Positions 52,307 through 64,000 of a DNA stretch of 64,000 nucleotides are shown piece by piece; position 1 is the first letter of the stretch; each line of letters begins with the position of its first letter. The translations under genes were made by a program, and so were the position numbers. Origin of the DNA: Octopus bimaculoides. Its lineage: Eukaryota. The stretch is from assembly GCF_001194135.2 (NCBI RefSeq), contig NC_069001.1:38741278-38805277 (forward strand), read 5' to 3'. A model generated the notes under the pieces. It saw nothing but the letters and a program-made list of their open reading frames with translations, was not told the DNA's origin and made no database searches.

Positions 52307-52916
52307 TTGTCTATCTGTCAGTCTGTCGATATCTCGAATTCCCCCCTCCCTCATAAACTAAAAAATAAGTTGCTGTTCTGAGTTTCGCGTTTCCGCTTTT
52401 CCCCACGATTCAGTTTTTAATTATTGGTGTTGATAGTATCATCATCGGGGATCATTCATTGTTAGAAATTACATGGTTTTTCTACTTATTACACTCTTCT
52501 TTATGTAAACCTTCGCATCGTATTATCCTCCACTGACCCCCTATGTTTTTGTGAACTCTTAGCTGTGAATAAAGAAAGCGTTGTAATATCTCCATTTCCA
52601 TCGCCATTGTTGCAAATAAAGAAATAAAGATGATGATGATGATGATGATGGTGATAAGAAGAAAAGAGATTTTTTATCATCATCATTTTTATTATTAACG
52701 CTACATTGTATGTATATACATCGAAAGCCGCTTATTATAATCACGGTCAACGTTACTAAACGATTATTGGTATCACAATTAGTAATTGGCAAACACGCTC
52801 AGAATATTTGCTATATCCTGATGTCATTCGGCTATTTTTATCTAGACGGTTTCGTCTGAAATGATCACAATAAGCGGCTCCTAATATATACACGCACGCA
52901 CGCACACACACATACA

Positions 52917-52954
<38 letters not shown>

Positions 52955-55169
52955 TTACCCATGACGATACGAATTTCTTCCAGTTTTAGGATACATTCTA
53001 CTAAATTTAATATATTTGATATATATAAAGAAATTTTCCTTATATATAAAGAAATATATTTGATAAAGTTAAAGAAATCCATGGTAAAAAAGAGGACATC
53101 TTAACCGCAAATATTTCTACTTTTGTACGATTTAAAAATAATAATAATTAAAAAAAAAGACGGACAAAAGCTTATTTAAGCGAACCATAAGTAGTTCAGA
53201 TTTTGAGTCTTCAAGGAGTGCGGCATATTTTACCACTTCGCTAGACATTTAGAAATAATAATTGCCAAACATAACTTGGATTCCACTCTTAATAGTTAAA
53301 GAATACTGCAACTTATAATTTGTTTAATAAATCTACAACCAGCCAAAAACTTTAACCAAACTGAAGACCATATTATAACAAAATGATAAAAAAAAAAAAA
53401 TCCCCATAAAAATATTTTCCCAGTAGATGTTAAAAATTCTTCAATCTAGTTTCTCTTTCCATCCTTTTGCAATCACAGAAAGAAAAAAAGACAAAAACAA
53501 ACAAACAAAAAACAAAAAACAAAAAAACGAAAGGAATGCAATTATTGATTTGGCATTTATTATTGTTATTGTAATTTTTTTCTTGTTATTTCTTCTTGGT
53601 TAAATTATCTTAACAACGATGGCTTCAAAGTGTCGACTTGTTGGTTGTAACAAATTATATTTATATCCTAACATGAAAATCTCACAGGTTTATTTAAAAC
53701 CTTCAATGTTCCCACTTTTCGACTCCATTAAAAAATTTAAAACGAAGTGAGACTCTAATATTTCTATTATATTAAACCTATTTGCCGAATAAGTAAATAT
53801 TAAAAATCTTTGTCTGTTCTAGCTATTTATATATGTCAATCAATCTTCTCCCTGTTCTCTATAATATATCTATCGGTCTATCTTTCACTTTTCCTGCTCT
53901 ATATAGCCATCTTATCTACTTACTGCTCTCTGTCTCTATCTATCTACACATATACATATATATACTTTTAGGTTCTAATTGCTAATAAGCCACCATTTTT
54001 AATGTTATATATGTATGTATATATATATATATATATATATAGATAGATAGATAGAGTGTGTGAGCGACAAGTACAAACAGACGAACGTATGCATATATAC
54101 ATATATTTCAGATAATATACATATTTATACACATACGTACACGTTGCGCTCAATGCAACAATATCCATACGTTCTATCTACCTATCTATCTAACTGCATC
54201 TTTCTATCTACTTACGTTCTTGCTGCTCTATATAACCACATATCTATCTCTACTTACCGCTCTATAGATCCCGCTATCGTTCTATCTTCTAACTCTTCAA
54301 TGTCGATCCACTTACTAATCTGTCTCTCTCTGCAATCCACACATCCATCTATCTTTATATTCATCTAGTCATTAACCTCCTAGAATTAAAATATAGGTCG
54401 CCCCCGCCATGTCATATCTCTTTGGGAGGAGAATCTCTTTCCCCACTATTGGCGGTGAATCAATGGTGACTGGTATTTCACTCAACTGCTTGCAGCTAGC
54501 AACATACAATTAATTTCACTGATTTAGGTTCACGCCATTTATTTCTCTTGTATATTAAAAAAAAATTGTAACTGTTTTGGTCAGCTTTCTCTTCTGTTTC
54601 TTCCTAAAAATAAACGATGAAAGAAAAATATATGAATAATTAAAATTTAAAAAAAATTAATTCAAACAAAATGCTTTCAACTATTTTCAGTGGAAAGTCT
54701 GGTTTGGGCTTTTTCTTTCGACTTATCAGGCAATGTTTAAATTACCTGGGAAATAATTGAAAGTTGCTCTGAAATGATCAACAGAGATTTATGTGGACGA
54801 GAGAGGAGGAAAAGTTGACATTTTATAAAGTTTTATGTCTTTAAAAAATTTTCCAGCCTCCAAAAACACTCCACATATCCATTTGTTTCTCCTAATTAAA
54901 TATGTACAGCAACGGAGGGGTGTAAAACAGTTACTGGAAAAGCCTGCTTATGCTCCCCTCCCCATTTTCCCTTAGTAACGAGTCGTCGTGGTAGTGGGGG
55001 AGGGAGAACACTTAGTTTAAGAGTTGCAGATATTTTTCTTTTGAAAAAAAATCACAAAAAAAACTGCGCAACCCATTCGGACAATTTTCAAGAACCAAAA
55101 CACAGTCGAAAGAATACAATAAGTGTTTAATTTAAATTGCTCGAGCAATCGTCTGCAGACAAGACAATG

Positions 55170-55234
55170 CGAAAAGCGCGCGAAATTCGGGTGTAGAGGC
55201 TAGGGATGTTGGTGCATGCGCACTAATGTAGCAC
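55170..55234 (+). promoter_or_regulatory. Candidate housekeeping-gene promoter
   Basis: E2F-type gcgcgcgaaa (55176-55185) and NRF1-like tgcatgcgca (55213-55222) in a CpG-rich patch just upstream of catgATGGCTGC. Confidence 0.55.
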
Positions 55235-55267
55235 ATGATGGCTGCTTCGAAGAAAGAGGAAGATCAG
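55235..55267 (+). CDS. Candidate first coding exon (MMAASKKEEDQ), phase-0 donor; product unknown
   Basis: atg atg gct gct tcg aag aaa gag gaa gat cag|gtaatg; good start context and donor; CpG depletion begins ~1.5 kb downstream. Confidence 0.5.
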
Positions 55268-55899
55268 GTAATGTGGACTTTTACAAATGTCTCGATTCAC
55301 TTCCATCTGACCGTCTCCTTGTCTGCTTAATGCTGTACACTGGAGCAGATATTGAACCAGGAGACCAAAGAGATAGCCTGAAACACGGCCATATTCTCAC
55401 CTGGACACAAATACACTCGATGTTGTCTCTTATTTTGGAAGCAAGTTGTTCCATCTTACATTCGCTCTCTCTCTCTTATTGTGTCTCTCTCTCTTTCTCT
55501 CTCTATTTATTTATTTATCATGCCATGTTGGTCGAGTGCTGCTGGTCTCACTCACCTAGCACACCCTCTCTCTCTTCTCACACCTTTACTCACATCCTAG
55601 CATTCACTCCCTCTCTTTCACGTCTTTTACCCTATCTGTCTGTTCCCCCTTCTCTCTCTCTCAGTCTCTCTCTTTCTCTACCTAACACCCCTCTCTTCCT
55701 CTCTTGTATACATTCACCTCCCCTTCCTCCTCATACCGATGTGTTTATGTTATCTATCAGCTGTTTACTTCTCCAACAAACACCACCACCACCACCACCA
55801 CCAATAAACTTGACAGGGAGTCGTTTCCATCAAGTTCCTCGTGGTCCCGTTCACTATTGTACCTGTGTTATATATAGCAGTCAAATCACCCTTACTACA

Positions 55900-56580
55900 C
55901 ATGCGATCATCTTCAATGTAGGACACAAAAATGTAGTCCTAGTTACACGATGACAATAATTGACGGGATGGTCATAATTCAGATACCTGTGATCACAGTG
56001 CTGCTGGATCGCGACATATCCTGGGCCAAACAACGATGACATGGAGGGACACATGAGATAATATAGTCCTAGATCGTCTATGTTTCAATAAAAGGCAAGC
56101 TGGTCATGTTTGGATTGCCATTGATCATAGAGCCACCGGCTCAGGACTGACCTAGGATTAAACAAGAAAAGACACGTTAGATGATACGCTACGTTGGAAT
56201 AAAAGACCGGATGGTCGTGGGTGGATCTTCGGTGACAGGTCTGTTGGATCCAGATTAACTTGGGACTAAACAACAGCAGCAAAGAAGGACACACTAGCTA
56301 GTGTAGTCCTAGATACACTATGTTTGAATAAAAGGCGAGCTGGCCACGACTGGAACATGGTTACATAGATGTGCTGGATCGAGACTGACCTGGCTAAAAT
56401 GGATGGACACATTCGATGATAGAGTCCTACATATATATAATGTCTAAGTAAAAACGTGATGGTCACTATTGGAGCATCTTTGATCATAGGTCTGTTCTGG
56501 GGCTAAACAACATCAGAGAGCTTTTGCTCCTGTCTCTCAACCTGCTAGAAATAGCAGCGAAATGTCTTTCAAATCATATC
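55900..56580 (+). repeat. Degenerate tandem array of five ~110-130 bp group C sub-units
   Basis: (gat/gct)ggtca...gatc...acct.g..ctaaacaac anchors at about 55967, 56099, 56210, 56339 and 56457. Confidence 0.75.
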
Positions 56581-58267
56581 TTATTTATAACAGCGCCCTG
56601 GGTTGCTTTTTTTTGTGTGTTCGAATCCGACTTGTGAAGATCCTAAAGAAAGCCCATCGACGGAAATTATTAGGAACCAGATGTCATAGGTAGTGTATTG
56701 GATCCCTGGTTGAACGCCTCTACATCACCGTTACCTCTACCCCCAACTCTGATGTTCTGTTTAGGGTTGTGGCTAATGTTAGATATATTAACAACCACAA
56801 CACCACTACTACCAATACACTGCCACCACTATCACACAACCACCACCACTACAAATACATTACTGCCACCATTACCACACCACCTCTACCCATACCATAC
56901 TGTATATTGTATTACACCATTGCTACTACCACCACCACCGCCCTCTAATATTTTATTGCCATGGTTTAAGTTTCTGAGTTTTTCTTGAAATTTATTTCTG
57001 TTGTGTGTAAGTTTATTGTGTAGAGGGCATCTGTCGGTTTTTAGTGGGCCATGGGTTGTATTTTTTATGTTGCCTTGTGGGATATGTATTTTAAACCCCA
57101 CCTAAATTACAACACTAGCAGTAAGACGAAACAGTGACACACACACACCTCCGCCACAGGATCAGATTAATGTATCGACCACAATGCAATATCGATCAAA
57201 CCTGAACCCTTCTCATCCCCTAATCTTTGAAAATCAGCCATTAAAAAAAAAAAAATTTAATCCCATTCACAAAAGTTATGAATACAAAACAAAGAATATG
57301 TATTGCCCATCTCAACCGTATAATTTTGGTGCATTCCTGCCAATAGAGAAATCTAGAAAGTCCAAAGCTTGTGTGTGTGTGTGAAAATCCCAAATGTACA
57401 CCCAAAACACCTGAAGGAATTGCCAAACCCATTAACATTTAAGGGTACTTGAGCCGAAACTGTCTTATTCCCAGAATCTAGATCAGCCATGGGCTGCAGG
57501 ACTTTCTCAATGGTACATCTAAACAAAAAAAAAAATTACCTTGGTTTTTTTTACTAATGTGGCCTGCTTCATGAGTGAGCCAGCTGTGTCTCATGTGGCC
57601 CACATCTTGGGAAAGATTTCCCATCCTTGATCTGAATACTGGACTAAATTCTAACAATTCTCAAAGCCGAATGCAGTAACATCTACCGAGCCATTCACCC
57701 TTCTATGTTGTCAGCATACCAATATTCTAGAATGGCCAGTCTTTGATCTTTCTTAACCCATACATTTCCCGATCTAAATCATGATATGGATTCAGGCCAC
57801 TCATTCTTCACTTAACAGTCACACTCTCTCACAAACCAACACACACACACAGACACTACAAGATGGCTTCAGCTAGAACAACACCACCACCACCTCCTGC
57901 ATCTACCATTCTAACTATCTTGGACATCATGAAATCTTTAAACTTCATTTTTCTTTGCTATCCACTTTTACACAAAACATTGACTACTAAATTACTTGTC
58001 AACCCTCCACCCCACCCCCATCCTGGGGTTTCCAGAAACTTGCTGCATCCTGAATAGAGTACCAGAGGGATCCATTTTCACACACTCTATTACCTGTGTA
58101 CCAAGATCACCTTCCTATGTTTCCATGAATATATACACAGCCCTTCCCCCCTCTCCTCCATTGCTCATGTTGGTGGCTGATATCACAACTCATCCCTTGA
58201 TCTGCCATTCTCCAGAAACTGCAACACAACTTATTCACTTATTCTGACCCTGCTGTAATTCCTGAGA

Positions 58268-58470
58268 AATGTGGCGAGCTGGTTGAATCGTTAGCACACG
58301 TTACGTTCTGAGTTCAAATTCCGCTGAGGTCGACTTTGCCTTTCATCCTTTCGGGGTCGATAAATTAAGTACCAGTTGTGTACTGGGGTCGATGTAATCA
58401 ACTTAATTCCTTTGTCTGTGCTTGTTTGTCCCCTTTATGTTTAGGCCCTTGTGGGCAATAAAGAAATAAA
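58268..58470 (+). mobile_element. SINE group A variant with Tx1-like 3' tail
   Basis: Group A head and core, then cctttgtctgtgcttgtttgtcccctttatgtttaggcccttgtgggcaataaagaaataa. Confidence 0.85.
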
Positions 58471-59384
58471 AAACGCTTTCTCCATAACAACAGACTTGGA
58501 GCAGCACCAATCAGACCTACTGTCCCCCTGTTTTAGCAGCAACAACAGAAGGCATTGGCTACAACCAATCATCATACAAAACAACACACACAAACATTAG
58601 CAGTTCCTTAATATACACAACATTCACAGTAGATGACAATAAAGAAAACCCAAATGATGTACAAATTTATGGCCATTGCTGGTACCATATTTGGTCAAGA
58701 GAAAGCAATGGTGTATACACCACAAACTTCTATTACAGCCAGCTGGGCCCACAAAGCACTTCCTAATACACCACAACAGGTTGTGACCACTTCCACAACA
58801 AAAATTAAAAAAATATTCTCCTCCCCCCCCCATCTCTTTGGACATATGAAAGACACANNNNNNNNNNNNNNNNNNNNNNNNNNNNNNNNNNNNNNNNNNN
58901 NNNNNNNNNNNNNNNNNNNNNNNNNNNNNNNNNNNNNNNNNNNNNNNNNNNNNNNNNNNNNNNNNNNNNNNNNNNNNNNNNNNNNNNNNNNNNNNNNNNN
59001 NNNNNNNNNNNNNNNNNNNNNNNNNNNNNNNNNNNNNNNNNNNNNNNNNNNNNNNNNNNNNNNNNNNNNNNNNNNNNNNNNNNNNNNNNNNNNNNNNATA
59101 TATATACACGTGTATGTGTGCATGGTTTTGATTCTCAGACTGGCTGCCTGTTGTGTTTTTGAGCAAAGCACTTCATTTCACATTCTTCACGGGGAATATT
59201 GGCCTGATCACCAGGATAGTGCAGAGGCATCATTCGAAAACTAAAACAATGTGAACTGCATTGTGCCAGCAATGTATAACAACTTTTGATAGTCTGGTTG
59301 ATACCGTGATACACATAGACACACACATACACACGACACTCCAAAACCTAATTTTCCTACACACACACACAATACATAAGTGAG

Positions 59385-59765
59385 GATTTGGTTGGGTGGT
59401 AAGAAGTTTGCTTCCCAACTACATAATTTCAGGTTCATTTCCACTACGTGACACCTTGGGCAAGTATCTTCTGCTCTAGCTTTGAACTGACCAAAGCCAT
59501 GTGAGTAGATTTGGGTAGAAAGAAGCCCAGGGTTTTATATAGTGTGTGTTTGTGTGTTTATATTACTGTCTCCTTGGCTTGACTTTGCTTGATAAGTGTC
59601 AGCATTGTGCTAGCAGTATCTTTCATTTCCAATCTTCATTGAAAACATTTGGAAACAGGTGAGGATTGGTGACAGGAAGGGCATCCAGGTGTAGAAAAAT
59701 CCTACTCAACAAATTCCATCCGACCCTTGCAAGCATGGAAAAGTGAACCTTAAAATGAGGATGAC
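59385..59765 (+). mobile_element. SINE group B head with an alternative (RTE-type) tail
   Basis: Group B head to gaagccc, short TG tract, then gacaggaagggcatcc...gacccttgcaagcatggaaaagtgaaccttaaaatgaggatga. A similar tail lies on the minus strand at 63425-63480. Confidence 0.7.
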
Positions 59766-60049
59766 AGTACACCATAATTACACCTTCCTGTGGTTGTGTG
59801 CTGGTGCAGGCTTGGCTGTGTGGTAAGAAGCTTTGCTATGTACAGAAGTCTCAGTGTTGGTCCTTGTAAGGACAAACCTCTGTGTGTGATTCAGCTATCT
59901 TGTACACACATCAAGTACCCTTTGTAATATATGTCCTGCCCCCCCATATATGGGCATGTGATCTCTTTCACACACACTGACTATGGGGTACTGCATGTTT
60001 ATATGTGTACGGTACCCTGTGCTACTTTTATACATATGGATAATCATTA

Positions 60050-60240
60050 ACATGCCAAACTAAATGCTTAGCGGTATTTCATCTGTCTTTACATTCTGAG
60101 TTCAAATTCTGCCGAGGTCTACTTGGCCTTTCATTCTCTCCGGGGTCAATAAAGTAAGTACTAGTTGAGCACTGGGGTCAGATGTACTCGACTTACCCTT
60201 CCCCCGAAATTACTGACCTTGTGCCAAGGTTTGAAACCAT
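60050..60240 (+). mobile_element. SINE group A
   Basis: aaatgcttagcggtatttc...gagttcaaattctgccgaggtc...gaccttgtgccaaggtttgaaacc. Confidence 0.85.
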
Positions 60241-61204
60241 TTTATGTGTATGTGTTTAAGCCATGATATTTTGCTTCTGTAGTTTTTCATGAATGCATGT
60301 AGCCTTAATGGTTAAGTTTTTGGTATCACTTTTGATTCCTGATCCAGGTGGAGCATTGCGTGCTTAAGCAAGATACTTTATTCTACATTGCTCTAGTTAA
60401 CTCAGCTGTTAATAAACATCAATCAAGTACTGGTGTAGTCCTTTCTCCTCCCAGCAATGCTCCAACTGAGTCAAGTCTTGGAGAGCTGAGAGAGGAAAGG
60501 GCTGTGTCTACTTGGGACTCCACAGGTCCTTAAAACAGTTAGTGGAAGTATGGTATATGTTACCATGTCATGTTTGTGAGTGGTAGGGCTTTTAATCCTT
60601 CTTTCCTTCCTAAGTGACCCTGGGGTACAAATATTACATTTAATTAATTTCTCTTAACAAACTCTTTCTGCGACCAAAACTAATTCCTAGATAATTATTT
60701 ATTATTATTTAACATAATTTATGCACCAGTCATGTTTATTATTGTTAGATCAACTTTGACTAAAGGTGGTCCAGCCATGACCATCTCTGCTTCTGCTTTA
60801 GACAGTGTGTTGTAGACTATATTATACATTGTTTCTTCTCATTTTTTAGATGGTAAAGTGTGGATGAGGGGTATTTGGTTGTTATTTCTAAATATTGAAG
60901 TATCCATATCAAGGCTCCTGCATCTGACACCTTCCCCTAGGCTACCTGAGTACTGGCAGGTAACTTGTCCTACAACCAGAGTTGAACCTATCACTAACTG
61001 CAACACAATAAATCACTGGGGGTAAATCATACCACTTTTGGTCCCTGAGGGTACCATAGAAGTGAGTTGTATCAACTCTGTGGTACTTACTTGAGGGTAC
61101 TATAGGAATGAGTCACATCACCCTGTGGTACTTCCTTGAAGCTGTCATTAAATTTCACAGATGTGTCAAAATAATTAGACAGGGTTCTCATTAATTATAT
61201 AGAT

Positions 61205-61450
61205 ACACATTTGCATAATTTAGTAACTCACCCCTATAATTTCACAACACACCTGTCTAGTTTCATGTCACACCTATATAATTTAGTGATACATCTGTTT
61301 CAAAATTATACAAGGACATGTAATTATGCAGGTGTGACACTAAATTATATAGGCATGTCATTAAATTACACTGGTGACATTCAAAATTATACAGGTGTGA
61401 TGGACTGAATTATACAGGTATTTTATGAAATTATATGGGTGTTTTGTCAA
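61205..61450. repeat. Fold-back array of ~21 bp units (ACACCTRTATAATTT)
   Basis: About 5 units forward (61205-61300) and about 7 units reversed (AAATTATAYAGGTGT, 61302-61445). Confidence 0.75.
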
Positions 61451-61587
61451 ATTGCCTGCATTCAGAATATTTTATCCAATATTTCACATTTACAGATTAC
61501 AATTAAATACCTACTAATTTAATGGCATGTCTCTTCTCACATGTTGACCCAAATACTTCTTATTTAATGGCTATATATGATGTTTAA

Positions 61588-62165
61588 CCCTTTAGGATAG
61601 CTCCTACCTCTGCTGGTAACAAAGGACCTCTTGCTCAGAGTGAAATTTAGATTGTATGATGCATGTGTGCGAACTGCCATGCTACATGGTAGGGAAACAG
61701 GAGCCATACTGTTGAGGACATGCGTAGGCTTGAAAGAAATGAAGCTAGTATGATCTGCTGGATGTGTAATGTCAGTGTGCACACATGACAGAGTGTAAGC
61801 GCCCTGTGAGAAATGTTGGACATAAGAAGCATCAGATGTGGTGTGCAAGAGAGACGACTGCACTGGTATGGTCATGTGTTACATATGGATGAGGAGAGCT
61901 GTGTGAGGAAGTGCCATTCCCTAACAGTGGAAGAGGGAGACCCAGGAAGACATGGAATGAGGTGGTGAAGCAGGACCTTCGAACGTTGGGCCTCACAGAG
62001 GCAATGATGAAAGACTGAGACCTCTGGAGATATGCTGTGATTGAGAAGACCCGGCAAGTAAAGTGAGTCCACAGCCATAGCCTAAACCAGTGGCGCATAA
62101 CGAGCCTGTCGGGCGACATGCCATGCTTGAGAAGACCTACCTATTGAATCAAGTAAAATCAAAAT
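61588..62165 (+). pseudogene. RTE LINE 3' end (ORF C-terminus and 3' UTR)
   Basis: LLPLLVTKDLLLRVKFRLYDACVRTAMLHG...RRLERNEASM...RRLHWYGHVLHMDEESCVRKC...RGRPRKTWNEVVKQDLRTLGL..MKD*DLWRYAV. Confidence 0.9.
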
Positions 62166-62209
62166 CTAATCAAATCACAATAAAAAAACATGATATATAT
62201 ATATATATA

Positions 62210-63400
62210 TTGGGTCATCCCATAAATCATGCATTTTTTTAATACTTTTTTTATTTTTCGCAATTAAGATAAACAAAGTTCTTTTTTTAAACTAAAATAT
62301 ACTCTCCTTCAATGGTCTTCCATCTATCTGGTAGACTTGCAAGGCCCCTCTTCCAAATTTCACTTGTCCATGATGAAATATAATCCTCCAGTTCTGTTCT
62401 GACCTCGTCTACAGAATTCCTATTTTTCCCATCCAAATGATTTTGAAGACTGTGGAATAAATAATAATCAGATGGGGCAATGTCCGGCGAATGTGGTGGG
62501 TGGGGCATCATTTCCCACTGAAACTGCTCCAGCCTTTGGAATGTCATCTTCACTGTATGTGTCTGAGCATTATCCTGATGGAAGAGCACCTTTCTTCTTG
62601 AAACCAAAGATGGTTGTTTGTCTTCTAGCGCTGACTCAAGCCTCTCAAGCTGCTCACAGTAGATCTCCTTTGTTATCGTTTGGTTTGGGTTTAAAAGTTC
62701 AAAGTGGACTAAACCTTTTGTATCCCACCAAACAGATAACAACACCTTACGTGGGTGAAGACCTTCTTTAGCCTTGGGTGCCAGTGTTTCTCCTTTCCCC
62801 ACCTACTCTTCGGTGCTTGACATTTTTATAGAGAATCCGTTTCTCATCACAAGTCACTATTCGGTCCAAAGAAGAGCACACATTCACTCTCTGCACGCGA
62901 TTAGACTCGGAAAGTTTGTGAGGAACCCATTGACCCAATTTGGTGACTTTTCCAATGGCATGCAGGTGTCGATGAATGGTTGAATGACCAAATCCAAGCT
63001 TCTCTGCTAGTTCCTCAACAGTTACAATAAGATTTTGTTCCACCAGGGTTCGCAGGACATCCTTGTCGAACTCTACAGATCTTCCAGCATGAGGCTCGTC
63101 ATCTAGGCTGTAGCTTCCAGCTCGGAATTTCTGGAACCACTGTTGACACTGGCTTATGCTTATTGTCCAATCCCCATATCCTGCATTAATATTCCTCGCA
63201 CTTTCTGTTGTGTTGTGGCCTTTATTGAATACAAAAAGCAAAATATGCCAAATATGCTCCTTTGTCACTTCCCTTTGAAAAAATAACTGTTAAAATTGAA
63301 CTGCACTCTTCAAGACTTGCACTAAGAATAAGTACAAGGTAAAATTACTCCCTGCTTTTATAGCAAGTTGATGCAGGTAGTTTATCTCGTCCCCATCCCG
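62210..63400 (-). mobile_element. Mariner (DD34D-type) transposon, near-complete transposase pseudogene
   Basis: TIR ttgggtcatcccataaat next to TA (62208-62209); two ORF pieces 63268-62768 and 62802-62287 with WVPHKL, TCDEK, HQDNA and HPPHSPDIAPSDY; start codon apparently mutated, one frameshift; second TIR not found. Confidence 0.93.
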
Positions 63401-63689
63401 TTTTCACAGCTATTCTCCTGTCATCGTCGTTGTCATCATCATCATTGTTTAACATCCGTTTTCCATGCTGGCATGGGTTTGAGATTTTCTGGATGTCTAA
63501 AAATTTATGTCTGTATAACATAAAAGGGGACGCACAGCTGTGAAGTAATGAACTTTTGCAACCATCTGGTTCAGTGTTGGTTCCACTGTGTTGCAGTGAA
63601 CGGAATTGGTAGATGGAAACTGTGAAGAAGCTTGTCACATCTATGTGTGTCTATGTATTAATATACATATTAACGTTCTTGGCCATTTG

Positions 63690-63905
63690 CAAGGCGCTGA
63701 GCTGGCCGAATTGTTAGCATGCCAGCCGAAATGCTTAGTGGCATTTTGTTCATGTTCACATTCTGCTGGGGTCCACTTTGCTTTCCTCCTTGGGGTGGGG
63801 TGTCAAAAAATTATATATCGGTTGAATTCTGGGGTTGTGATTTAATCAATTCAACCTCTCCCCTAAACCTGCTGGTCTTGTACCAAAATTTGAAAGCAAT
63901 ATTAT
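63690..63905 (+). mobile_element. SINE group A, strongly CpG-decayed
   Basis: ggcgctgagctggccgaattgttagcatgcc...tggtcttgtaccaaaatttgaaagcaatattatt. Confidence 0.75.
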
Positions 63906-64000
63906 TGGCCAGTTATTTTATATTTACTAATATAAGACAAAGTCGAGACAGTGAATAGAATCTGTTGATGAAAACTGTAAAGAAGCCCGTTGTGTGTGTG

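Noticed and set aside
55235-55267. Glycerol kinase assignment from MAASKK
   Set aside because: Only six residues resemble the human GK N-terminus and the next residues do not; no symbol assigned.
55216-55953. 245 aa plus-strand ORF
   Set aside because: It starts in a different frame from the candidate exon, crosses its splice donor and runs through CT-rich simple sequence; likely intronic.
55900-56580. CRISPR-like repeat-spacer appearance
   Set aside because: Eukaryotic context, highly degenerate units, homologous spacers, dispersed copies of the same repeat and no cas genes.
60431-60525. Exon 2 candidate (cctttctcctcccag|...acag|gtcctt)
   Set aside because: Phase 0 from the first exon hits a stop after four codons, and the donor is weak.

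Overview
AT-rich animal genomic DNA from a gapped draft assembly (many N runs), dense in di-, tri- and tetranucleotide microsatellites. The SINE sequences and repeat landscape resemble octopus/coleoid cephalopod DNA (recognition from memory, not a database result). I found no intact long CDS; most ORF-track entries are translations of microsatellites or N gaps. The window holds decayed mobile elements: two mariner transposons, fragments of five non-LTR clades (CRE-like, R4/Dong-like, Tx1/L1-like, RTE, L2/CR1-like), three tRNA-derived SINE groups (my labels A, B, D) and an unclassified ~200 bp repeat (my label C) that forms tandem arrays. The only likely host-gene signal is a housekeeping-type promoter with a short first coding exon (MMAASKKEEDQ|gt, 55235-55267, +), followed from ~57 kb by a CpG-depleted zone read as a methylated gene body. 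Most notable: (1) a 311 bp MITE with ~80 bp TIRs enclosing outward-facing telomeric repeats; (2) a SINE whose 3' tail matches a Tx1-like LINE in the same window, part of a modular head/core/tail SINE system linked to (ATT)n tracts; (3) a template-switch fold-back duplication; (4) fold-back and tandem arrays of short units. Coordinates of decayed elements are approximate.
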